A stretch of 64,000 bases of DNA, from the NCBI GenBank assembly GCA_026984215.1, contig JALSSO010000135.1, forward strand, positions 4,584 to 68,583, written 5' to 3'. How positions within the stretch are numbered: the first letter of the stretch is position 1; every line of letters begins with the position of its first letter. The notes below the pieces were generated by a model. It made no database searches, was not told where the DNA came from, and saw nothing but the letters and a program-made list of their open reading frames with translations. A program made the position numbers and the translations under genes. Below are positions 10,491 through 19,799 of this stretch, one piece after another. Source of the stretch: Gammaproteobacteria bacterium. GTDB taxonomy: Bacteria; Pseudomonadota; Gammaproteobacteria; JAJDOJ01.

Positions 10491-12656
10491 TCAGGGTTGC
10501 GCGATGAGCTCCGGGTTGCCGATCTGCACGCGGCGCCCGTCGCTGGCCAGGAAACTGACCATTTCACCCAGCATCTCGGCATGCACCGCGGCCGAGATGG
10601 GATCCACCTCCAGCGACGCGTTCAGAGGGGTGAGGAAGGAACTGTGGTGCCCGGCCGCATACCGCACCACCGCCCGCAGCGGATCGCCGACACTGGTAGC
10701 ACCGACCGGGGTCAGGCCCAACGCCTCGATCAGTGGATCGGCGCCGCCGAGTCCTGGCACGGTCCCGGCCATGTTGATCGGCGCACGCCCGCTCCAAACG
10801 TTGTTGGGGACGAGCTGGTCAGGGAGGGAGTCCGCGCCGCCGACGATTTCGTACAGCAGCAGGCCATGGCCGGCGGCCGCCATGGGGGCGTAGTTCAAGG
10901 GATCTCCGGTATCGGTGGCCGCCTGCGCCACGTAGAGAAAGTCCTCATAGGCTTGCGTGCCTTTCTCCAGCCCCGCGCCCGCCAACGCGGCCGCGATCGC
11001 CGGACCGAACGTGGGCGAGCCGTCGAGGAGTTTGGCTATACCTCCGCCGGCCGCCGACAACACACCGGCGCCCACGCGCGGCTCCAGCGCCAGGAAGACC
11101 CCGGAGACGATGGCACCCAGGGACTGGGAGGCGACATGGATGCGTCCAGTGTCCACGTCCGGACCACCCCCGTCGTAGTCCAGCGTGCCCAGGGCGTCGA
11201 CCAGGTAGATCAGGTCCGCCGCCGCCTGACGGAGATTGTCACGGGAGACGAGCAGATTGAACAGATTGATGAAATGGGTGCCGGACGGGTCGATCTCGCC
11301 ATCGCCCCGGAAGCTGGGATCCGGCGCCTCACCGATCGCCATGTCCACGTCGAACGTGCGCTCCCCCGTCAGCGTCTGGGGATCCCAGGGGACGCGGAAC
11401 ACCGCCGTACCGTTGGTCTCCCGGCCGGTGAGCCCATGCCAGGGCAGGTCGATGGCCACCGTGGCGAAGCCGGCGTTGGCCAACACGTCGGCCACGGTCA
11501 GGGCGTCGGTACGGTTGCGGGTGATCCCGTGGACATAGATCACCACGGGCCAGCCGCCGGCGGGCTTGTCCCCCCGGGGGATGGTCACCAGGATCGGCAC
11601 GTTGATGCGCGCCTGCTCGGCGGGCAGCGGGTTGAACGCCGTGAGATTCCGTTCTCCGGCCACCTCGTTTTCCGCCTGCCAGGGTGTGAGCAAGGCCGCG
11701 ACATCCTGTGGACCCGAGGCGGGCATCGCATAGCTGGGCAGCCCGAGCAGCAGTCCCGCATAGATGTCGCCTCCCACGAAACCGGGCCGGCCGGTCGCCG
11801 GAGTGGGCGCCAGGGGGCCCTGGACCTGGATGGCCGCCCCGGGAAGCGTGGCGGCGCGTTGGGCCACCACGCCCAAGACCGCGCCGATGGACTGGGTGGT
11901 GAACGTCCAGCTCAGGATCACGCGCTCGCGCGGCAGGCCGGCCGAGGCCAGCGCCGCCTCCTGGGCGTTGATCAGTTGGCGCAGCGGTTCCAGCGCACGG
12001 GCCTGCTCGTCGGTCAACAGGCCCTGCATCCGATTGTTGCCCTGGGCGTCCACGAAGGGAGTGGTCTGCTTGAGTAGGGTGTAGGCACTGCTCGCCACCA
12101 TCCGCCCGCCGTTCTCCGCGCGGATGTCATCGGTGAGCGCCACCAGATAGGTGGTCCCCGCCCGCAGAGGCCGCGTGGGCACGATCTGCAGCGTGGCGCC
12201 GGGCGGCACGCCCGGCTCGGAGGGCAGCGCCGGGGATACGCGCGCGAGCAATTCATCGGGGCCGAGGGCGCGACGCACGCCGGTGACGACCCGGCCCCGA
12301 GGGGTGACCACGGTCTCCGCCTCGTAGACCCGCACGGTGTCCCCCACGGCCAGGGAATCGGCCGACAGGGGCGCGTCGAAGTCCGTGGTCATCGGCGCGA
12401 CGGTGGAAAAGCCGTCCAGGGCGTTGAGTGCCGCGAGCACCGGATTGCCGTCCGGATTGGGGGCGTTCAGCGTGCCATCCTCGGTGCCCGCGAACAGCAG
12501 GTCCGTCGGAAAAGGCAGCGCTGGGGCCTGGGGATCCGGATCGAACAGCGCCCGGCCGCCCGTGGGCAGGACCTTCGTGACATCGGGTTCGTCATCCGCG
12601 CAGCCCACCACGAACAGCCCGATGCCAACCCACAACGCGATCGCCAGCACCCGCAT
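10491..12656 (-). CDS. secreted lipase/esterase lipoprotein (alpha/beta-hydrolase, Pla-1/VolA-like family)
   Basis: Lipoprotein signal MRVLAIALWVGIGLFVVGC with a strong GGGAGGG RBS before ATG 12656. An IYVHGITRNRTD oxyanion region and an HVASQSLGA nucleophile elbow are present. The mature protein is large (~700 aa). Confidence 0.65.
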   Translation of the reverse strand: MRVLAIALWVGIGLFVVGCADDEPDVTKVLPTGGRALFDPDPQAPALPFPTDLLFAGTEDGTLNAPNPDGNPVLAALNALDGFSTVAPMTTDFDAPLSADSLAVGDTVRVYEAETVVTPRGRVVTGVRRALGPDELLARVSPALPSEPGVPPGATLQIVPTRPLRAGTTYLVALTDDIRAENGGRMVASSAYTLLKQTTPFVDAQGNNRMQGLLTDEQARALEPLRQLINAQEAALASAGLPRERVILSWTFTTQSIGAVLGVVAQRAATLPGAAIQVQGPLAPTPATGRPGFVGGDIYAGLLLGLPSYAMPASGPQDVAALLTPWQAENEVAGERNLTAFNPLPAEQARINVPILVTIPRGDKPAGGWPVVIYVHGITRNRTDALTVADVLANAGFATVAIDLPWHGLTGRETNGTAVFRVPWDPQTLTGERTFDVDMAIGEAPDPSFRGDGEIDPSGTHFINLFNLLVSRDNLRQAAADLIYLVDALGTLDYDGGGPDVDTGRIHVASQSLGAIVSGVFLALEPRVGAGVLSAAGGGIAKLLDGSPTFGPAIAAALAGAGLEKGTQAYEDFLYVAQAATDTGDPLNYAPMAAAGHGLLLYEIVGGADSLPDQLVPNNVWSGRAPINMAGTVPGLGGADPLIEALGLTPVGATSVGDPLRAVVRYAAGHHSSFLTPLNASLEVDPISAAVHAEMLGEMVSFLASDGRRVQIGNPELIAQP

Positions 12657-12831
12657 GCCTTTCCCTCCCTTCATGCCCCACCCATCGGCTTGCGATCCGC
12701 CTTGCCCTCCACCGGGTGGCCCAAGAACCTGGTCCGGCCCTCCGGATCGCTGAGCGCAAGTATCGCAACACGCCCGAGACTGGTTCAACACCCGGACCGA
12801 GCGGCGGGCTATACTTCGGCGCCGAGCCGCC

Positions 12832-13209
12832 ATGAAACCCTCCTTGCGCCAGCCCGCCCTTCCTTACCGTGTGTTCGTCTACGGCACGTTACGCCAGGGT
12901 GGAACGAACCACCGATTGCTCGCCGGCGCCCGCCATCTGGGCGGGTGGATCACCCCACCGTCCTATACGCTGTACGATCTCGGGAGCTACCCGGGCGCCA
13001 TGATCGGTGGACGCACCCCTGTCGTGGGCGAGGTCTATGCCGTGGATGCGCGCACCTTGGCCCGGCTCGACCACCTGGAGGACTACCCGCGGCTTTACGA
13101 CCGCATACCGCTGCAAACCCCGTGGGGCGCAGCTTGGATGTACGTGCTGCGCCACCGGCCGCGCCGCGCGCGGCCGCTGCCCAGCGGAGACTGGATGGCA
13201 TCGACATGA
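12832..13209 (+). CDS. gamma-glutamylcyclotransferase (AIG2/GGCT-like)
   Basis: 125 aa with a YRVFVYGTLRQGGTNH motif. Its stop overlaps the kdsB start (ATGA). Confidence 0.75.
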   Translation: MKPSLRQPALPYRVFVYGTLRQGGTNHRLLAGARHLGGWITPPSYTLYDLGSYPGAMIGGRTPVVGEVYAVDARTLARLDHLEDYPRLYDRIPLQTPWGAAWMYVLRHRPRRARPLPSGDWMAST

Positions 13210-13949
13210 AGACACTCGCCGTGATCCCGGCCCGCTACGACTCTCAGCGCTTCCCCGGCAAGGTGCTCGCCGAACTGGCCGGCAAGCCGGTGATCCAGCA
13301 CGTGTGGGAGCGCGCCCGCCAGGCCGCGCGCGTGGACGAGGTAGTGATCGCCACCGACTCCAGGCGGGTGGCGCAGGCGGCCGAATCCTTCGGCGCGCCG
13401 GTGTTCCTGTCGCGCGCCGCCCATGCCTGCGGCACGGACCGAGTGGCGGAAGTGGCGCGCGCCCTGGGCTGCGATCTGGCCATCAACATCCAGACCGACG
13501 AGCCCATGATGGAACCCCTGCTCATCGACGCCCTGGTGGACCTGTTCGACGCGCCGCAGATCCAGTTCGCCAGTGCCGTGGCGCCCATCCACTCGATGGC
13601 CGATTTCCTCGACCCCAACGTAGTGAAGGTGGTCTGTGACGACGAGGGCAATGCCCTATACTTCTCCCGGGCGCCCATCCCCTGGGATCGCGCCAACCCC
13701 CCGCGTCCCGATGCGCCGCTACCCGAGGGCCTGCCCGCCCTCAAGCATATCGGCATCTACCTGTACCGCAACGACGCGCTGCAGCGGCTGACCGCCCTGC
13801 CCCGATCCGCGTTGGAGATCACCGAGAGTCTGGAGCAGCTGCGGGTACTGCAGCACGGCTGGAAGATGCGCATCCTGGAATGGGATTATCATGGCATCGG
13901 CCTGGACACCGAGGCCGACTTGGCACGATTGCGCGCGGCCCTGGAATGA
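13206..13949 (+). CDS. kdsB: 3-deoxy-manno-octulosonate cytidylyltransferase (CMP-KDO synthetase)
   Basis: MKTLAVIPARYDSQRFPGKVLAELAGKPVIQHVWERA... is a canonical KdsB N-terminus. ATG at 13206 lies inside the longer track ORF 12690..13949. Confidence 0.9.
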   Translation: MKTLAVIPARYDSQRFPGKVLAELAGKPVIQHVWERARQAARVDEVVIATDSRRVAQAAESFGAPVFLSRAAHACGTDRVAEVARALGCDLAINIQTDEPMMEPLLIDALVDLFDAPQIQFASAVAPIHSMADFLDPNVVKVVCDDEGNALYFSRAPIPWDRANPPRPDAPLPEGLPALKHIGIYLYRNDALQRLTALPRSALEITESLEQLRVLQHGWKMRILEWDYHGIGLDTEADLARLRAALE

Positions 13950-13971
13950 GGCCAGCCCCGGCGCAGACGGC

Positions 13972-14361
13972 CTACGCCGTCGCTCCCAACACCCGGGCCA
14001 CGGCCGCCTCGCGCACCGGATGGGCGATCCGCGCATGGATCGGAAAGAGCTCCGCCAGGCGCTCCAAATAAGCCCGTTCGGAGGGCTGGTAGAAGACCAG
14101 CACACGCGCCTCGGGGGCATAGCGCCGCAGAGCGTGTAGGAACACGTCCAGGTTGCTGAGATTCACCCCGGCGTAGTTGTTTCCGTAGCCATACAGAAAC
14201 TCTCCCACCACCCAGTCCGGTGGCGTGCGCTTCAAGGCCGCCATGGCCTTGCGCATGGAGGCAAAGCGCTGCTCCCGCAATCCCAACCTCCGGTACAGGG
14301 CCGAGAGATCCGGGTGTGTGGGCGAGTCCACCAGGGAATAGAGCAAGGGCCGCCCGGCCAT
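13972..14361 (-). CDS. hypothetical protein (129 aa, cysteine-free), translationally coupled to the upstream DUF971-MoaD gene
   Basis: Good GC3 codon bias. Its ATG 14361 overlaps the TGA of the upstream gene (TGAAATG). I recognised no family. Confidence 0.5.
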   Translation of the reverse strand: MAGRPLLYSLVDSPTHPDLSALYRRLGLREQRFASMRKAMAALKRTPPDWVVGEFLYGYGNNYAGVNLSNLDVFLHALRRYAPEARVLVFYQPSERAYLERLAELFPIHARIAHPVREAAVARVLGATA

Positions 14362-14362
14362 T

Positions 14363-14983
14363 TCAATCCACGCGGGCCGGCACCAACGCGATCTCGTCGC
14401 CCGGCGCCAGCGGGGTGTGGGGCGTGGCGAAGGTCTTGTTCACGGTGACGCGGACCGCCTCCTCGGCCAGCGCCTCCCGCCACGCGCCGCCACGCGCGCG
14501 CAACCGGGCCAACAGCTCCGCCACGGTCCGCGGGGGTGGCCCGCCCTCCAGCGTCTCCACCTCGCGTCCCAGCCGCTCGGCCAGGGTGGCGAAATACAGA
14601 ATCCGCAGCGCCCCCGCCGCACCGGAACGGCATTTCCCGCCTGCGCCGACGGCCGCCTCGTAGAGCGGGCGGTTGCGATCGAAATCGCGGCCGAGTTCAT
14701 AAAGCGTCTGCCAGGAGAAAATCCCCTGATGGTGCCCATCGTCGAATTCGATCCGCACCGCATAACTCCCCACCGGGTGTAGGGCACGGATGTTGACCTC
14801 GGGATCCACGCGCACGGCCTCTCCCCGCTCGCGGGCGGCTTTCACATCGGCCGAGGGCACGAATGCGCGTAGGTAGGCGCAGGGCAGCTCGAAGTGCGCC
14901 CCGTCGTCGAAGGCCACCTCCAGGACACGCCGCTGCGTGTGCAGGCGGAGCTCGGTGGGCGTCGGTGGGGTGTCTTTGCGCAT
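14363..14983 (-). CDS. DUF971 domain fused to a MoaD/ThiS-like beta-grasp domain that lacks the terminal Gly-Gly
   Basis: The N-terminal half matches the DUF971 pattern (LEVAFDDGAHFELPCAYLRAFVPSA...VGSYAVRIEFDDGHHQGIFSWQTL). The C-terminal half matches MoaD (ILYFATLAERLG...VTVNKTF...LAPGDEIALVP). I translated the last codons by hand: ...PGDEIALVPARVD-stop. No GG is present. Confidence 0.75.
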   Translation of the reverse strand: MRKDTPPTPTELRLHTQRRVLEVAFDDGAHFELPCAYLRAFVPSADVKAARERGEAVRVDPEVNIRALHPVGSYAVRIEFDDGHHQGIFSWQTLYELGRDFDRNRPLYEAAVGAGGKCRSGAAGALRILYFATLAERLGREVETLEGGPPPRTVAELLARLRARGGAWREALAEEAVRVTVNKTFATPHTPLAPGDEIALVPARVD

Positions 14984-15029
14984 GGGGTTGCCTGTCCGGA
15001 GACGATGGGGTCAGTATACGCGACAGGCC

Positions 15030-15785
15030 TCACCGTCCTCCCCCGCACACGGGACAGGCAGGATCTTTCGGCAGCCGGACCACGTGCCACACGGGGGCCA
15101 ATGCGTCATAGAGCAGCACCCGCCCGCACAGCCCCTCGCTGGTGCCGAGAATTCGGTGGATCACCTCCACCGCCTGAATGCTCCCGATCACGCCCACCAC
15201 GGGCGCCATCACCCCTTCGGCCGCGCAGGTGGCCGCCTCCACCCCTTCGTCCCGGTACAGGCATTGATAGCACGGACTGTCCGCGCGACGCGGATCGAAG
15301 GTCGCCACCTGCCCCTCCCAGCGGATCGCCGCCCCCGAGACCAGCGGCGTGCCGGCCGTGAAGGCCGCCCGGTTGAGCTCGAAACGGGTGGGAAAGTTGT
15401 CCGTACAGTCCACCACCACGTCCGCCGCCTGGACCTGGGTCTCCAGCTCCTGCCCCTCGAGCACGTAATCCAAGGCGTCCACGCGCAACCGTGGGTCGAT
15501 ACCCCGCAGTGTGCGACGCGCCGAGTGCGCTTTGAGTTCGCCCAGATCCGCGGTTCGATGCACGATCTGACGCTGCAGATTGGTCACGTCCACGCGGTCG
15601 AAATCGCTGAGCACGAGATGCCCGACGCCGGCGGCGGCCAGGTACATCGCCACGGGCGAGCCCAATCCGCCGAGGCCGACGATGAGTACGCGTGAGTCGA
15701 GCAGCCTGCGCTGGCCTGCTTCGCCCACCTGCGGGAGACGGAACTGGCGGCTGTAGCGTTCGAGCCGGGGTTCGGTTTCCGTCAT
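15030..15785 (-). CDS. moeB: molybdopterin-synthase adenylyltransferase MoeB (ThiF/E1-like)
   Basis: 251 aa. LERYSRQFRLPQVGEAGQRRLLDSRVLIVGLGGLGSPVAMYLAAAGVG is a nucleotide-binding motif. A C-terminal CxxC...CPVCG zinc motif is present. ATG at 15785 lies inside the longer track ORF. Confidence 0.9.
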   Translation of the reverse strand: MTETEPRLERYSRQFRLPQVGEAGQRRLLDSRVLIVGLGGLGSPVAMYLAAAGVGHLVLSDFDRVDVTNLQRQIVHRTADLGELKAHSARRTLRGIDPRLRVDALDYVLEGQELETQVQAADVVVDCTDNFPTRFELNRAAFTAGTPLVSGAAIRWEGQVATFDPRRADSPCYQCLYRDEGVEAATCAAEGVMAPVVGVIGSIQAVEVIHRILGTSEGLCGRVLLYDALAPVWHVVRLPKDPACPVCGGGR

Positions 15786-15908
15786 GCCACTCTCTGATGC
15801 CGTGATGGGTACGATACAAACAAGGGCACACCCCGAGGGATCCGCTCGGTGGGACCGCGCCTCGGGCGGTATATACTGGCATTCATCGCAAGCCGACTCC
15901 TTACGCCC

Positions 15909-16250
15909 ATGGTCGATCTGGACAGACTGCTCGCCCTGCCTGGCGCCATCGCCGCCGGAGAATTCGGCGTCGGCGGCTCGCTCATCCAGTATAAAGGTGC
16001 ACTCAGTCCCGAACAGGCACGCGCCTTTGCGCAACAATGTGCCGCGGACACCCTGATGGGGCGCTCCCAGGCCCAGATGATCGCCGAGCTCACCGGCCTC
16101 GAACTGCGCCCCTTCCGAGGGTGGGCCATGATGGCCGGAGAGTACACCCTCTGCGTGATGGGCGAGATCGGCGTCATCCTGCGCAGCGGGGAGGCCAAGC
16201 TCGACGAGGTCTTCTCCGTCCTGGAGGCCGAGGCGCTGATTCCGGAATGA
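15909..16250 (+). CDS. hypothetical small protein, Roadblock/LC7-like fold suspected
   Basis: 113 aa from ATG 15909, inside track ORF 15849..16250. Strong GC3 bias. It is divergent from moeB. The sequence is MVDLDRLLALPGAIAAGEFGVGGSLIQYKGALSPEQARAFAQQ.... Confidence 0.5.
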   Translation: MVDLDRLLALPGAIAAGEFGVGGSLIQYKGALSPEQARAFAQQCAADTLMGRSQAQMIAELTGLELRPFRGWAMMAGEYTLCVMGEIGVILRSGEAKLDEVFSVLEAEALIPE

Positions 16251-16355
16251 GTCTCGGTGGCGCGCGCACGTCACCCCGCCGCCGGGGTTCCGCCTCGCGG
16301 GATCCCGGCCCCGTCTTACGGACGTCGTAGAAAGCAAATCACGGTTTGCCTATCC

Positions 16356-17294
16356 ATGAACCCGGAGCAGCTAGGAAACGATGTGGACGCGCGGCTGATT
16401 TTCGTCGGAGGCTCGCCACGCTCCGGAACGACGCTCGTGCAGAACATGCTGGATTGCCACCCGGACGTGCTGGGCGGCCCGGAATTCCTGCATCTTCCGG
16501 ACATCGTCTCACTCGGGAAGAAGCTTCATGCCTCCATCGACCGCCAATGGATCGACCTGTTCTGCTCGCACGAGGAAGTGGACGAAAAACTGAGGCGGCT
16601 TTGCCTGGATTTCCTTCTTCCCCTGGCTGACCGGATGCAGGCCCGCCGGCTGAGCGAAAAGACGCCGGAGAACGTTCTCGTGTTTCCCGAGCTCGCGAGA
16701 CTCTTCCCGCATGCCCGTTTTCTGCATGTGGTACGCGATCCTCGCGCCGTGGTGGCCTCGCTGCTGGAAGTCGGCCGACGCGCCCGGCAGAAAGGGCTGA
16801 AACCGGCGCCATTCACCGCCGACACGCAAGCGGCGATCCAACGGGTACGCCGATCCGTATCCAAAGGAGCGCAGGCGGCCCGGGAGTTCCCTGATCGCGT
16901 GATGACCGTGCGCTATGAGGACGTCGTCCTTCACCCCGAGCGAGAGACCCGCGCCATTTGCGAGTTCCTGGGACTGGAATGGACATCGGCCATGTGCCGG
17001 CCCGCCGACAAGCCCCACCTCGGGGAGGCCGCCATTACGGAAAAGTCCAATGAGCTATGGTACGACCGCCAGAGCTACTACCGAAACCCGGAGCCTGCCA
17101 ACCTGGAGAAGTGGCGCAGCCGGCTCAAGGCCCTGGATCATCTGCGGGTCATCCGTGCATTTCGGGACGACCCGTATCTGCGCGCGCTCGGCTACACGCT
17201 CGATCCCGGCGAGATCCCGCCCCTCACCCGACTTTTCTTCCCCGTCTCTCACCTTGCACAACGCGCGTTGCGAAAGGTCAAGCCGCCGGCCTGA
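16356..17294 (+). CDS. sulfotransferase (PAPS-dependent, Sulfotransfer_1/3-like)
   Basis: A 5'-PSB-like IFVGGSPRSGTTL motif and a 3'-PB-like RDPRAVVAS motif are present. ATG 16356. GC is locally lower than the flanks. Confidence 0.8.
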   Translation: MNPEQLGNDVDARLIFVGGSPRSGTTLVQNMLDCHPDVLGGPEFLHLPDIVSLGKKLHASIDRQWIDLFCSHEEVDEKLRRLCLDFLLPLADRMQARRLSEKTPENVLVFPELARLFPHARFLHVVRDPRAVVASLLEVGRRARQKGLKPAPFTADTQAAIQRVRRSVSKGAQAAREFPDRVMTVRYEDVVLHPERETRAICEFLGLEWTSAMCRPADKPHLGEAAITEKSNELWYDRQSYYRNPEPANLEKWRSRLKALDHLRVIRAFRDDPYLRALGYTLDPGEIPPLTRLFFPVSHLAQRALRKVKPPA

Positions 17295-17450
17295 TCGCGA
17301 TCCCCCACACGGCACCGGCAAGGCCGTACGTCAAGAAAAAGCGCTCATCCACAGCGCACCCCCTCAAGGCAGCGTTTGGACGCGCATCCATCGGACACAC
17401 CTCGCACCGTCCGTCCCCTACCCTCCGGTCGCAGATTCGATGGATTTGCC

Positions 17451-18767
17451 TCACCGCGCGAGCGGAACCACCTTCCCCCCATCGACACCGGGTTTTTCAG
17501 CGATCACGTCCCACTCCAGCATGGGAAGAATCAAACCACGGCGAGCCGGATTGACCGGGCATCCCGCGCTCGTGACGTCGAAAGACAGCACGTCCTCATA
17601 GCGGTCCCAGCGTGCGCCGACGCCTTCGGCCACCCCCACCGACAACAGGTATCGCCCAGGCTTGAGAAACCCCGGCAGTTTCGTCGTGGACACATAAGTA
17701 CCGGCCGCACGTTCACGTCCCTTCCACGTCGGATTGTCCGTGTCCCGGGAGACATAGATCACATCGCCCATGGCATCCCTGAGCACATAGAAGACCGAGA
17801 CGTTCGGCGAAGCACGCGGCACTTCGTAGCGGATGTCCAGACGCAGGCCTTTGCCGTAGGCCACCATGGACGTGGGCTCGCCCGAAGCAGGATCCCGCAG
17901 ACTGGCTTCGAGGACCCGAATCTCCGTATTTTCCGGCTCCACACCTTCCGGCCTCCATACCGCAAGGCCCGAAGCCCCATCGTTCAGGTAGGCCCGGATC
18001 ACCTCATCCACCGGGCCTTCCATTTCGACCCTTCCCGACTTCAGCCAGATGGCACGGTCGCACAACTGGCTGATCGCGCCCATGTTGTGGCTGACAAACA
18101 ACACCGTGCGCCCATGCGCGCCCACGTCTTCCATTTTCTTGAGGCACTTCTGCTGGAAGGCGGCGTCACCGACCGCGAGGACTTCGTCGACGATGAGGAT
18201 TTCGGGCTCCAGATGTGCCGCCACGGCGAACGCCAGCCGGACCTTCATGCCGCTCGAATATCGCTTCACCGGCGTATCCAGGAATTTTTCCACCGCAGAG
18301 AAGGCGGCGATCTCGTCGAACTTGCGGTCGATCTCCGCCTTGCGCATGCCCAGGATGGTTCCATTCAGATAAATGTTCTCCCGACCGGTCAGTTCGGGAT
18401 GAAACCCGGTGCCCACCTCCAGGAGGCTGGACACCCGGCCCCGTATCACCGCCGTTCCACGCGACGGCGGCGTAATACGGGACAGAATCTTCAGCAGCGT
18501 CGATTTGCCCGCCCCATTGGCACCGATGATTCCAATGCGCTCGCCCACGTGCACATCGAAAGACACGTCCTCCAGGGCATGCAATACATTCTGAGGAGAG
18601 GATTCCAGGTCCGAAAAATCATACAGAGAGCGATATCGCCGATAGTTCTCTATCGGACTGCGCAGGAAACGGAACAACTCCTTGGCCATGGAGTCCTCCC
18701 GTTCCTCACGCAACCCGATTCTGTAATACTTGCATAGACCACGTGTTTGTATTGCCGCATCAGTCAT
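17451..18767 (-). CDS. wzt: polysaccharide ABC exporter ATP-binding protein (Wzt/KpsT-like) with a C-terminal extension
   Basis: Walker A GANGAGKST, signature YSSGMKVRL and Walker B ILIVDEVLAVGD are present. An extra ~170 aa C-terminal domain may be carbohydrate-binding. ATG 18767. Confidence 0.85.
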   Translation of the reverse strand: MTDAAIQTRGLCKYYRIGLREEREDSMAKELFRFLRSPIENYRRYRSLYDFSDLESSPQNVLHALEDVSFDVHVGERIGIIGANGAGKSTLLKILSRITPPSRGTAVIRGRVSSLLEVGTGFHPELTGRENIYLNGTILGMRKAEIDRKFDEIAAFSAVEKFLDTPVKRYSSGMKVRLAFAVAAHLEPEILIVDEVLAVGDAAFQQKCLKKMEDVGAHGRTVLFVSHNMGAISQLCDRAIWLKSGRVEMEGPVDEVIRAYLNDGASGLAVWRPEGVEPENTEIRVLEASLRDPASGEPTSMVAYGKGLRLDIRYEVPRASPNVSVFYVLRDAMGDVIYVSRDTDNPTWKGRERAAGTYVSTTKLPGFLKPGRYLLSVGVAEGVGARWDRYEDVLSFDVTSAGCPVNPARRGLILPMLEWDVIAEKPGVDGGKVVPLAR

Positions 18768-18962
18768 TGGAATACTCCGTTGCACCGGGGCGCGCCCTTA
18801 TCCACCGACCGCCGCCATGCACCCGTCTCGACTCCACTGGACCTCGAGAGCTCTTCGACGCCCATGTGTTTCGGCCCTGGGACGAGCGCAGCATCGCGAG
18901 GCTGCCGGCGCCCGATTGCTGCGGTTCGCCACGATGTCCTTCCCTGGCGCTCAAGGCCCGCC

Positions 18963-19799
18963 CTAGATGACATCCACGAACACGCGCTCCATCCGTTTGA
19001 AATACAAGGCACCACTGACCAACAGGATCACTGCGGTGAACATGCCGGGCGCCACGTACTCCCAAGGAATATCCTGTCCCAGAAGTGTCGCCCTAAACCC
19101 CTCGATCACTCCGACGATCGGGTTCAGTGAGTACAGGAACCGATATTTCTCTGGAATGGCCGACGCCGAATACAGAATGGGCGCCGAATAGATCAACAGC
19201 TTCAGAACGTATTGAAGCGCAAACTTGACGTCTCGATAACGAATCGCAAGCGATGAAAGCCACAAACCGATGCCCGCCGGCACGATCATCATCAGCAGCA
19301 AAAACACCGGCAGGAACACAAGATTCCATCCTGGATTGACCTTGTAGTAGATCATCACGCCGGCAAGCACCACCAGTGAGATCAAGAAATCCACCATCTT
19401 GGACAGGACCGGAACGATCGGGAAAATCAGGCGTGGGAAATAGACTTTTCCCAGCAGTGCCTGGCCACCCACCAGACTGGCGCTGGACGTCGTCATGGCC
19501 GTGGACATGTAGTTCCACGGAATCACCGCCAACGTGGAAAACAGGAAATAAGGGATCCCATCGGTGGAAACCTTGGCGACTTTCCCGAAAATCACGGTAA
19601 AGACGACAATTTGAATCAACGGCGCGAGAATCGCCCAGAAAAAACCGAGAATCGTCTGCGCATACAGGACCTTGATGTCCCGCCACACCAGAAAACCGAA
19701 CAGATCGCGGTATTCCAGAAGCTCCCGCAGGTCTATCGCCTGCCAGCCGTGCTGTGGCCGGATGACCGTGGTCTGCAGATCGTTTTCCTCCGTCTTCAC
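18963..19799 (-). CDS. wzm: polysaccharide ABC-2 exporter permease (Wzm/KpsM-like)
   Basis: Six TM helices. The conserved IDLRELLEYRDLFGFLVWRDIKVLYAQT N-terminal region is present. The track M at 19901 is GTG. GTG 19799 (VKTEEN, with a GAGGTG RBS) is the preferred start. Confidence 0.8.
   Translation of the reverse strand: MKTEENDLQTTVIRPQHGWQAIDLRELLEYRDLFGFLVWRDIKVLYAQTILGFFWAILAPLIQIVVFTVIFGKVAKVSTDGIPYFLFSTLAVIPWNYMSTAMTTSSASLVGGQALLGKVYFPRLIFPIVPVLSKMVDFLISLVVLAGVMIYYKVNPGWNLVFLPVFLLLMMIVPAGIGLWLSSLAIRYRDVKFALQYVLKLLIYSAPILYSASAIPEKYRFLYSLNPIVGVIEGFRATLLGQDIPWEYVAPGMFTAVILLVSGALYFKRMERVFVDVI

Noticed and set aside
14363-14370. Considered that the GG-less MoaD terminus is simply a wrong stop call
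   Set aside because: I could not reject it. The codons GTG GAT TGA are unambiguous in the given sequence, so I kept it as a finding rather than a pseudogene call.
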